From an uncultured delta proteobacterium (GTDB lineage Bacteria > Desulfobacterota > Syntrophorhabdia > Syntrophorhabdales > WCHB1-27), in the NCBI GenBank assembly GCA_963810935.1, contig CAWEPK010000007.1, positions 369,811 to 433,810 on the forward strand: a stretch of 64,000 nucleotides of DNA, read 5' to 3'. The notes below the pieces were generated by a model that saw nothing but the letters and a program-made list of their open reading frames with translations, was not told where the DNA came from and did no database searches. Position numbers and translations under genes: made by a program. This document shows, piece after piece, positions 51,272 to 59,661 of this stretch. Within the stretch, counting starts at the first letter, position 1; each line of letters starts with the position of its first letter.

Positions 51272-52122
51272 CTACCTGTTGTAATTGCCGCCGCCGCCCG
51301 GCCTGCCGCCGCCGGGCCGTCCTCCCGGTCTTCCTCCGGGCCGCCCACGGGTCTGCCTCCCGGTCTGCCGCCTGCGGGCCTTGCCGGCCGCGCCGGCCCC
51401 TCGGGCGTGATGACCACCTTCTTCAGGTGGCCCTCTCCCTCGCTGTGCGTATTCATCCCTTCCTGGTTCTTGAAAAGCGTATGCACTACGCGCCGCTCGT
51501 AGGGGTTGAGGGGCTTCGTCCACTGGGGGCGGCCCTCTCTCTTTGCCCTGTCCGCCAGTTTCCTGGCCATGATGATGATGCTCTTCTTGCGCTGGTCCCT
51601 GAAGCCGTCGACGTCGAGGAGTATCTTGAGCGTCTGCCCGTATTTCTTGGCGACGGCCAGCTTGACTACGTGCTGGAGCGCTTCGAGCACTTCCCCCTCG
51701 CGCCCCGTTATCGCCTCCGTGTCGGAAGCCTCTATATGGAAAATCAGCCTGTCTTCACGCGCCTCGACTTCAGAACGCAGGGCTATGTCGCACAGGGCGG
51801 CCACGTCCTTCAGGAACGTCTTGGCGAACTCTTCAGCCTCCAGCGTGGGGCGCGCCTGCTCTCCCGCTGGGACATCCGCCGCCTCTCCGGAGTAGGCCGC
51901 GTCCGCGTCCGCCGCTTTGGCGTCCGCCGCGTTTTCCTCCGCCAGGTCCGTCCTGCGCCTGGCCTTTATCCGTATCTTCTTGCTCCCCAAAAGACCGAGG
52001 ATGCCCTTGGTGTCCACTTCGGTTACTTCTATGTCGAGGTCTTTCTCTTCCGCTTCGAGGCTTGCGGCCGCTTTTTTCACGGCCTCCTCGTAGGTCTTGG
52101 CCTCAACTTCGACAAAATCCAT
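51272..52122 (-). CDS. jag: Jag/KhpB (EloR) RNA-binding protein with GGRP-repeat tail (frameshift near 51350)
   Basis: Jag_N (EAKTYEEAV..A...L, KGILG.LG), KH (G.EGEVLEALQ), R3H (ERRVVH, HSEGEG..K.VVI). Confidence 0.9.
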
Positions 52123-52134
52123 ACGCCAGCCTCC

Positions 52135-53766
52135 TTATGTTACCTGCTTGTTGATGTAATACTGCTGACCTATCGATATCACGTTATTTACGAGCCAGTA
52201 CAGGACGAGGCCCGCCGGGAACCCCCAGAACAGGAAGGTGAAGAATATAGGCATGAACATCATCATCTTCGCCTGCATCGGGTCGCCGCCGGTCGGCGTC
52301 ATCTTCTGCTGGATGACCATGGTGACGCCCATGATAAGAGGCAGCACCCTGAAGGGCAGCGCATACCCGGCCACGTGCATGGTGAAGATGTTCTCCGGCG
52401 CCGCCAGGTCGTTCATCCAGAGCATGAACGGCGCGTGGCGGAACTCGATGGCGGTCATCAGCACCTTGTACAGGGCGAAGAAGACCGGTATCTGAATGAC
52501 CATGGGCAGGCAGCCGCCCAGAGGGTTGATGCCCTCTCGTTTGTAGATGCCCATCATCTCCTGGTTGAGCCTTTCCTTGTCGTTCTTGTATTTCTCGCGG
52601 AGCGCGGCGAGCTTCGGCTGGAGCTTCTGCATGTTCTTCATCGACTTGTAGCTTTTGAGGCTCAAGGGATAGAAGATGATCTTGATGAGTATCGTGAGCA
52701 GTATGATGTCGATGCCGTAGTTGTGGGTGAGCTTGTTGGAGAAGTTCATGCCCCAGAGCATCGGCTTGGCGACGATGTCGAACCAGCCGAAATCGACGAT
52801 CTTGTCCGCGTTGAAGTCGAGCCCCTTGAGGAGCGATATCTTGTTCGGCACGAAGTAGAGCGTTGCCGCGACGTTGCCGCCCGGCGAGAGCAGGCGGTCA
52901 ATGGGCGTGTCGCCCACCTTCGTCACCAGGAGGTCCGCCCTCTGCCCCACCGGCCGTATTATGAACGAGAAATAGCCTTCGTCGAAACCGGTATAACTGT
53001 ATGCCTGGCCCGCGTTGGTCGCTTTATCGGGCTTGTCGATCTGCTCGAATTTCTTGCCGTCGTAAAGGAACGGTCCCCTGAATATGTAGCTCGACTTCTG
53101 CTTCATGCTCATCGTCACAAAGTCGAGGAGCGTTGTGCCTGCGCGGCGCCCCCAGTCCGTCCGGACGGAGAGGCCGACATTGTACCCATCGGGTGAGAAG
53201 GTGTAAGTTTTCGTGATTACGGCCCCGCTCGCCAGCGTCCCCTTGAAGCTTATCGTCTCCGGCTTGCCGCTGACGGTGAAGTCGCCGCGGTTCGCCGTAA
53301 ACGGGACGGCGTCGCCCTCGACTTGGCCGCCGATGATCGTCGAGACGGTAGGCAGGTAGCGGTAGGGCTCGATATCCTGGATGACTTCCTTGCCTTCCGG
53401 CTTGTTCAGCTCTTCCTTGTACGCCTTGAGGCGCACGCTCGTGATGCCGCCGCCGATATCCGTGAGCCTGACGGTCATTATAGGCGTTTCAACGGTGATC
53501 TTTTTTCCGGGCCTCATCAGGGCCGTGGTCCTCGGCGCTGCGGCCCCCGGGATGGCCGGCTGGCCGGGAATAGCGGACACCTGTGGAGCAGCCTGCTGCC
53601 CCGGGGCCGCCGCCTGCGGCTGGCTGGGGGCCGTGGCCTGCGTCTGACCCTGTACTGCCGCCGCCTGCGGCTTTTGCTGCTCGCCCGGTTTTGGAGAGAA
53701 CCAATACTGCCAGGCGAACAGGATGGCCACCGACAGGACGACGGCTATGATCGTACGTTTGTCCAT
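52135..53766 (-). CDS. yidC: Membrane protein insertase YidC
   Basis: NYGIDIILLT, SMKNMQKLQPK, NPLGGCLP, GLVLYWLVNN. Confidence 0.97.
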   Translation of the reverse strand: MDKRTIIAVVLSVAILFAWQYWFSPKPGEQQKPQAAAVQGQTQATAPSQPQAAAPGQQAAPQVSAIPGQPAIPGAAAPRTTALMRPGKKITVETPIMTVRLTDIGGGITSVRLKAYKEELNKPEGKEVIQDIEPYRYLPTVSTIIGGQVEGDAVPFTANRGDFTVSGKPETISFKGTLASGAVITKTYTFSPDGYNVGLSVRTDWGRRAGTTLLDFVTMSMKQKSSYIFRGPFLYDGKKFEQIDKPDKATNAGQAYSYTGFDEGYFSFIIRPVGQRADLLVTKVGDTPIDRLLSPGGNVAATLYFVPNKISLLKGLDFNADKIVDFGWFDIVAKPMLWGMNFSNKLTHNYGIDIILLTILIKIIFYPLSLKSYKSMKNMQKLQPKLAALREKYKNDKERLNQEMMGIYKREGINPLGGCLPMVIQIPVFFALYKVLMTAIEFRHAPFMLWMNDLAAPENIFTMHVAGYALPFRVLPLIMGVTMVIQQKMTPTGGDPMQAKMMMFMPIFFTFLFWGFPAGLVLYWLVNNVISIGQQYYINKQVT

Positions 53767-53877
53767 TTATACCCTCTCAATCGTCAACATCATGTTATTT
53801 TACGGGATCAATTTCCGGGGCCGGCTTCGCCCCTTGCGCGACCCTTCCTCCTTACGTCAGGCGGGTACTCCCGCCTC

Positions 53878-54038
53878 CCCCTCATAAAAAGGAAGAAACA
53901 TTGAGCTTAGTTGGTTCGGTCCCCTTTTTCGTTATAAGCTTACTGGGGCTAGCGTCGCCCCCTCCACCGAGCAAAGCTCGCGGAGCCTTCCCCTCATAAA
54001 AAGGAAGAAACATTGAACTTTGCTGGTTCGGTCCCCTT
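53878..54038. repeat. Two 49-bp direct repeats between yidD and yidC
   Basis: CCCCTCATAAAAAGGAAGAAACATTGA(G/A)CTT(A/T)G(T/C)TGGTTCGGTCCCCTT at 53878-53926 and 53990-54038. Confidence 0.85.
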
Positions 54039-54057
54039 ATCTCCTCATGCAATATTA

Positions 54058-54267
54058 CTATTTAACAGGATCAAAGCCCCCCGGATGGAAGGGATGGCAC
54101 TTGAGGAGCCTGATGAGGCCCAGGGCGATCCCCTTGAAAAAGCCCTTCTTTTTGATGGCCTCGGCCATGTAGCACGAGCACGTCGGATAAAACCTGCACG
54201 AAGTCGGTAGGTAAGGGGATACGCAGAGCCTGTAGAGCCTGATGGCAAGTACGGCTATCTTCGTCAT
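54058..54267 (-). CDS. yidD: Membrane protein insertion efficiency factor YidD
   Basis: CRFYPTCS.Y..EAI...G...G......RLLKCHPFHPGG.DPV. Confidence 0.95.
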   Translation of the reverse strand: MTKIAVLAIRLYRLCVSPYLPTSCRFYPTCSCYMAEAIKKKGFFKGIALGLIRLLKCHPFHPGGFDPVK

Positions 54268-54599
54268 TTTCCGGCGGCCCTCGCGGTCAGCTCGCCCATC
54301 TCGCGGCTGACGGCGCCCCAGGTCGTCTGCGGCATCCCGGTGACCCGCACGGAATAGGACACGGGGTTGCCGAACTCCTGCTTGTGCAGCCTGAAATACT
54401 CCCTCAGCAGCCTCTTGATCCTGTTTCTCTTCACCGCACCCTTAATCTTTCGGCTTACCACGACCCCGAAGCGCGTGGTAAGCTGTTCGCCCTTGCTCTT
54501 GAAAAGGAGAAAATGCGGCGTTTTACCGGCTTTTACCCACCGTGTGAAACGGAAATCCCTTTTATGCAGCCTTTCGCTTTTGCCGAGGGTCTGCTCCAT
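54264..54599 (-). CDS. rnpA: Ribonuclease P protein component
   Basis: RFGVVVSRKIKGAVKRNRIKRLLRE. Confidence 0.95.
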   Translation of the reverse strand: MEQTLGKSERLHKRDFRFTRWVKAGKTPHFLLFKSKGEQLTTRFGVVVSRKIKGAVKRNRIKRLLREYFRLHKQEFGNPVSYSVRVTGMPQTTWGAVSREMGELTARAAGK

Positions 54600-54733
54600 T
54601 AAACCGTGAGTCTTTTCCTTCCCTTAGCGCGCCTTCTCCTAATGACATCCCGGCCGTGTTCGGTCCGCATTCTGACCAGGAAGCCGTGCGTCCTTTTTCT
54701 GCTTTTATTGTGCGGCTGGAACGTTCTTTTCAT
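54599..54733 (-). CDS. rpmH: 50S ribosomal protein L34
   Basis: Manual translation [44 protein letters not shown]. Confidence 0.97.
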   Translation of the reverse strand: MKRTFQPHNKSRKRTHGFLVRMRTEHGRDVIRRRRAKGRKRLTV

Positions 54734-54808
54734 CGGTCACCCTTAGGTAATTTATAAGCCAATAGTGTACTATAACCACTGTTCCCATGTCAATCCGAAG
54801 AGGAAGGG

Positions 54809-54939
54809 GGGCGGCCGGGTTAATTTCGCGGCCTTCGCGTCCTTTCCTCGGCGCGGCGCGCTCACGTACCGAGTACGTACGCTCCACCGCGCGCCTTCGA
54901 AAAGCACGCGAATTCCATCAAAATTTCCTCCGGCCGCTC
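54809..54939 (+). repeat. Palindromic repeat copy 7
   Basis: Family consensus; ends most like copy 1. Confidence 0.88.
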
Positions 54940-55024
54940 AGGGATCTGCTGCTAAGACTGCCCGCGTCTATGACCCTGAAATTTTAATTGTATAACACTC
55001 TCAAACGCCGCGGCGGCATAAAAC

Positions 55025-55067
55025 AAGTGCAGGGGGACAGCCCTTAAAGGGCCGCCCCCCTGCACTT
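55025..55067 (-). terminator. Terminator-like hairpin downstream of the DUF3237 gene
   Basis: AAGTGCAGGGGG..AGCCCTTAAAGGGC..CCCCCTGCACTT. Confidence 0.55.
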
Positions 55068-55092
55068 CGTTCACTGAAAAAATAGATCGACG

Positions 55093-55668
55093 CTATTTGA
55101 CCAGATAGGCGTCATAGACTACGGCGTTGCCGAGGCGCATGGCGATGCCGATACCGATGGCCTTGTTGAGCCAATCGTACTTCTTCGAGGCCGTCTCGAA
55201 CTGCATGGTCACCCGGAAATTATAGAGGTGCGGGTCAACCGCCTCGCCTTTGCCCACCCTGGCCAGCACGTCGGCCGGACCGTAACGGTAGCCCTTCGTC
55301 TGGAGATAGATGAGGGAGCCGTCATCGGCTTGCAGGAGGTAGCGGGTGTCGATGATCGCCAGGCCTTCCTTCGTCACGACCTGCCAGTCGGCGCCGTTAT
55401 TCAGGATTTTGCCGTTGAGCATCGGGCCCTCGAACTTGCCGCCCGTGATGGGGATGATGCGGCGCTTGCCGAGATCGCTCGTCATGCCCATCTCCCATAC
55501 AGGTGCAACGAGGTCAACGTAGAAGCGCGACATGTACTGGAGCACAGGCTTCGGGGGTTGATACCCTTTCGTGTCCGCTACGGTCGTCCCGGCCGACTGC
55601 TGGCCGAAACAGAAGCCCGGCAGCGCGAGTGATACAACAATCAAACAAACTACAGCCCAGTTCTTCAT
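55093..55668 (-). CDS. DUF3237 family protein with signal peptide
   Basis: RRIIPITGG.FEGP, GADWQ, IDTRY.L..DDG..IY, FET....YDWLN. Confidence 0.85.
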   Translation of the reverse strand: MKNWAVVCLIVVSLALPGFCFGQQSAGTTVADTKGYQPPKPVLQYMSRFYVDLVAPVWEMGMTSDLGKRRIIPITGGKFEGPMLNGKILNNGADWQVVTKEGLAIIDTRYLLQADDGSLIYLQTKGYRYGPADVLARVGKGEAVDPHLYNFRVTMQFETASKKYDWLNKAIGIGIAMRLGNAVVYDAYLVK

Positions 55669-55863
55669 GAGATCCTCCTTAAAGAATGTTACCCTGTCGC
55701 GTATCAGGGATATTTTGTGCCCGCGCCCGCAGCCGGTGCGATGGCCGCCCTGTCTGCTGTTCGTGCGTATCCTGATTAAACGCCTGCCAGGCGGCCGTGT
55801 CTTGTGTTATGCGGTCATTATTTCGGAGAATAGAGCCGGGAGGGCAGGGCGGACGTTCCGGCC

Positions 55864-57858
55864 CTAGCGGTCTTCAGGCGCCGGGAAAACAGGGAAGTCG
55901 GGAGGGACTTCCGGGACGGGAGAAAGGCGTGACGTCATCCGCCTGTAGCCGCTCGGTGCGCAGCCTGCCTGTTTCCTGAATACCCGCGTAAAATAACTCT
56001 GGTCGCCGTAACCCACCTCCTGGGCCACACGGCTGATGGAGGCGTCGCTGCTCCGCAGGAGCTGTTTCGCCTTCTCGATCCTTATCCGGGTTACGCAACT
56101 GCCCACGGTCACGCCGAGCTCGCTTCTCATCCTGTGGATGAGGCGGGATGGGCTGAGGCAGACGTGGCCGGCTATGCGCTTGATCGTTAAATCTTCCGAA
56201 AGGTGGGCCTCTATAAAACCCGTCACCTTCCTGAGGAGGTCGATGTTTTTCCTCTGCCGCCCCGTCGTGAGGGCAGTCGACGTCGCGTCGAAAACGCGCA
56301 GCGCCCAGAGGCAGAGCGGTTCGTTGTCTTTAATCTCCTCCCATTCGGCGATGAGCCGCTGTTTCAGGAAGACCATCTCCTCGAAGTCGGCCCCTTCGTC
56401 GATTGCCGTATCGAGCATGGCGAGAAACATCTCCAGCATGGCCAGCCTAGACGGCCGGACCTCACCGGCATTGCCGATGAGCACGACTGCGAGGAGGCGG
56501 AAGAATGCCTCCGTGGCCTTGCCTGCGTCCCTATCCCGCATGGCGCTTGTAAGCTGCTTTTTCTGCTCGCAGTAAAGCCTGTAGCCGGAGCATGCGTCGG
56601 CTTTCACGTCCGCGCCGCCGGGCGTCGCGCCGTAAACAAACGCCGCTATGGCCCCGGCATCCGGCGACGGCACGAGCGCCTCGGGCTGCCTCGCGTAAAG
56701 CATGTCGGCGACCTTTCTCACGAGGCGCATCCCCCGGTCGCTGATGCCGTCCGCGCAGGAAGCCCCCACCATCTGCCAGGCGCCGTCCTTTATCGTCAGG
56801 ATCGCAACATCATCGATGCGCGTCCCGTAATGGTCGAGGGGCGTAAGGTCGTAGACGCCCTGCATGCCTTCGAAGTTCCTTATCTCCTCCACGGCGTCGC
56901 GCAGCTTTTCCGGGTCCGCCTCTCCGGCCAGGCCCAGCCCGCCGGCTACGAGGTCGATTGCGTCCGCAAGCTCCGCCGAATAATAATTGGCCGGCTCCCC
57001 GTAGCGGTCCATGTGACGCCTGTTGAAATCGGCCACTTTGCCCTTGCATGGATGGTCGTGTCCAAGGCCCGCGGGGACCGTCGTCCCGCCGGAGGGCACG
57101 ATGACCTCGACCGGAATGTGGGAGACCATCTTCAAAAAACGGGGGTTGGCGTTCCCGTGGGAGACGAGAAGGGGTATGCCCAGCCCGGCCTTGGCCGCCT
57201 CTTCGACGAGGGCAGCGGCAGGCCGGCCCGTGACGAAAGAAAAGAGGGCGAGGGGCCTTAAAGCCCCGAGTCTCGCCAGCCGGGAGGCCATGTCTGCCGA
57301 TCCGGGGTCAAACCTTTCTTCCCCGACGATCCTCATGCCCATCTGCCTTCCCAGCCGCCTCGCCAGAAGGCTCCCCAGGTCCCCGAGCGATCCGGCGGGC
57401 ATCATGAGGGCCATCCTGTTGACGCCCCTTTCCAGAAAGTACCGGAAGGAGCGGGCGACGGTGAATTCAGTCCTGTGGGCCGTGTTGAAAACGAATAGGT
57501 CTTTCAGCGGGTCGATTGCGTAACCGGAATTGACGAAGGCCGGGGTCCTGTAACGGTTCGCCACGGAGGCGACCGCCCGCGAGACGGGGAGGGAGCCGGT
57601 CCCCACGATGGCGAGTACGCGGTGCCTGAAAACCAGGGTTTCCGCGATTGCCTGGGCATGCTGCACAGAAGAGCGGTCGTCGAAGGCGATCAGCCTGACG
57701 GGGCGGCCGTCAATGCCTCCCCCTTCGTTGATCATCTCAACCTTCAGGTCCGCGGCCATCCGCTTATACTTCCCTATCCACGACAGGTATCCGCTCAGGG
57801 GAAAAATCCCCCCTATGGGCAGCTCTTCGCAACGTCGATAGGTATCGGCTCTCTTCAT
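55864..57858 (-). CDS. LIV-type solute-binding domain fused to an AraC-family HTH
   Basis: IGGIFPLSG..., IN..GGIDGRPV.L..FDD; C-terminal IA..V.LSPS.L...RI.KAK.LL......IS.VA.EVGY.DQSYF.RVFRK..G..PS.YR. Confidence 0.85.
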   Translation of the reverse strand: MKRADTYRRCEELPIGGIFPLSGYLSWIGKYKRMAADLKVEMINEGGGIDGRPVRLIAFDDRSSVQHAQAIAETLVFRHRVLAIVGTGSLPVSRAVASVANRYRTPAFVNSGYAIDPLKDLFVFNTAHRTEFTVARSFRYFLERGVNRMALMMPAGSLGDLGSLLARRLGRQMGMRIVGEERFDPGSADMASRLARLGALRPLALFSFVTGRPAAALVEEAAKAGLGIPLLVSHGNANPRFLKMVSHIPVEVIVPSGGTTVPAGLGHDHPCKGKVADFNRRHMDRYGEPANYYSAELADAIDLVAGGLGLAGEADPEKLRDAVEEIRNFEGMQGVYDLTPLDHYGTRIDDVAILTIKDGAWQMVGASCADGISDRGMRLVRKVADMLYARQPEALVPSPDAGAIAAFVYGATPGGADVKADACSGYRLYCEQKKQLTSAMRDRDAGKATEAFFRLLAVVLIGNAGEVRPSRLAMLEMFLAMLDTAIDEGADFEEMVFLKQRLIAEWEEIKDNEPLCLWALRVFDATSTALTTGRQRKNIDLLRKVTGFIEAHLSEDLTIKRIAGHVCLSPSRLIHRMRSELGVTVGSCVTRIRIEKAKQLLRSSDASISRVAQEVGYGDQSYFTRVFRKQAGCAPSGYRRMTSRLSPVPEVPPDFPVFPAPEDR

Positions 57859-58017
57859 GGATGGCGGACAAACCGGCGGAACGTCGTTGTACGTGCCGGC
57901 CGCCCAAGAATAGATTGTACACCAAGTGCCGCCCGCCAAGTCAACCGATAGCGGCAGGCGATGGATTCGGGATCAGGGGGAGATTTTTCGAGGATCGATG
58001 GAAACCGGGGCTTTTCG

Positions 58018-58561
58018 CTACCCTGCCCGGCCGTATTTTGCCGCTACTTCCTTCAGGCGTTTTACGATCCGCCTGTGTACCTCTACACCGGCGAAGGCAT
58101 AGCTCTTCAATTCCTCGTATGCCTGTTTGTAGGTCCAGCGGTCTTCTATGATGCGGTAGCTCGCAATAACGAGGCCTGTCCGGTCCTGGCCGAGCTTGCA
58201 ATGGACCAATACCGGCTGGTTGGCCGAATCGGCTATTGTCTTTACTATCCGTTCTATGCTCTCCAAGGGTCGGCGGATCGCCCGGGTCGAGCCGGAACCA
58301 GACAGGGGTAAGCCCGGCCTTTTTGACGGCTTGCCGCTCGTCCCAGTCGTTCCTCAGGTTGATGACAGTCTTTCCGCCCTGCTGCCTGAAGGTCTCGTAT
58401 CCGCGTGGATATTCCGGCTGGGCGGAACGGCAGATTTTTCCATTCTCGATTGCGCCGAAATTATGCAGCCCCGGATCGCTCCTGCCGGCCTGACTCGGCA
58501 ACCAGGCGCAGCCGGCCAGGAGAAACGTAACCAGTAATACCGATTTTACGCGTAGATTCAT
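58018..58561 (-). CDS. Tyrosine/dual-specificity phosphatase, lipoprotein-like N-terminus (frameshift near 58265)
   Basis: NF......CRSAQP, KTVINLR, PVLVHCKLGQDRTG (CX5R). Confidence 0.82.
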
Positions 58562-59198
58562 ACGATTATAGCTTCCTCTTTCGTTTAGTCGATCAGCCGC
58601 CCCTGCCGTATAGTCTCTCACACAGAGCTTGGAAGTTCCGTCCGAATGTCGAGAATTGCAAAGCAGGTTAAGGTGCAGGGACCGGCTATGCGCGAGAGAT
58701 AGACGGATAAGCGCGTCGAAGGAACATACTATATATCAGCAGGCGCTGAAAAGGAAGCAGCAAGATTATCGTCGAAAACTGGAGCGATCCGCCGGATTCA
58801 TTCCCGTCTGAGCTGCACATGCCTTTCTCTTCGATAAGTATGGATGAGGTCGTAAGTGAACGAGGCGCGAGGAATTACACTGCTGCCGTCAAGCAGACGT
58901 AATTGTGCAATTACATTGCTACAGTCGTCTGCGGACTTCACGTACAAGTGCGCGGTTGACCGGCCGCCGTGAGAATGAGGATTGCCATCGAAACGCGATA
59001 GTGCAAACATCAGTTGCGACCTGACGTCGATTGGCTGCCTTGTGAGACGGTCGTCATTCAGGGCCTTGACAACCGACGCCCGATGAGTTTTGCGGGAGCA
59101 GGTGGCCCGGTGCAAGAAATGCGGTTTACTGTTGTTTCCATGGTGCCGTCCTCCAACGGGCCTCGCCGGATCGTCCAACATCCGGCGTGTTTCTTTCC

Positions 59199-59505
59199 TC
59201 ATTCTCCCTTAACAGGGAAGCAGGAGCACGGCAGTCTTCTCACGATTTAGTGATTGATCCGGTCGTAGACAATATGTTCGATCCTGGTTTCATCATGGGC
59301 GGTCATAATGAGCAGATCTATGTTCTCCGCCTCCACAATCTTTATGATTTCATGGACGGGTTCGCCATCCTTGACCATCTCTTTGATGGCCATTCTCCGG
59401 CCCTTTCCTTTTGTATTATCGTGTCGAGGTCGCTTTTGACCTCCTGCACCATGGCCTGATATTCTTCCCTCAAAGTCCGGAGGAGGGGCATGGGGAGAGA
59501 ACCAC
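59199..59505 (-). pseudogene. 5'-truncated copy of the universal stress protein gene
   Basis: About 307 bp closely matching 62402-62709; similarity stops abruptly at 59505. Confidence 0.85.
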
Positions 59506-59661
59506 TACTCGGGCCATTTTCCGCTTCGAGCTCATCTAGACCAACTACCGGTTCATGGAAATGGAGCGGTTTGAGGTCACACCGCGTAATCCATCCTCCT
59601 CGATGAGTTGCTGCAACTCCCCTATGCCCGCCGCGCGGTTCGCGTCTGTTTATTTATGGGG

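Noticed and set aside
3827..54939. Repeat family as integron attC sites
   Set aside because: No RYYYAAC…GTTRRRY ends, no cassette array and no integron integrase seen
941..58561. Widespread pseudogenisation or programmed frameshifting (at least 12 split genes)
   Set aside because: Single-base shifts hit housekeeping-type genes as well (Mur ligase, methyltransferase, jag), often at homopolymers, with no accumulated stops. Sequencing error is the simpler explanation; read polishing is needed.
58630..59190. ORFs in the 58.6-59.2 kb gap
   Set aside because: No recognisable motifs or RBS; probably intergenic or decayed sequence
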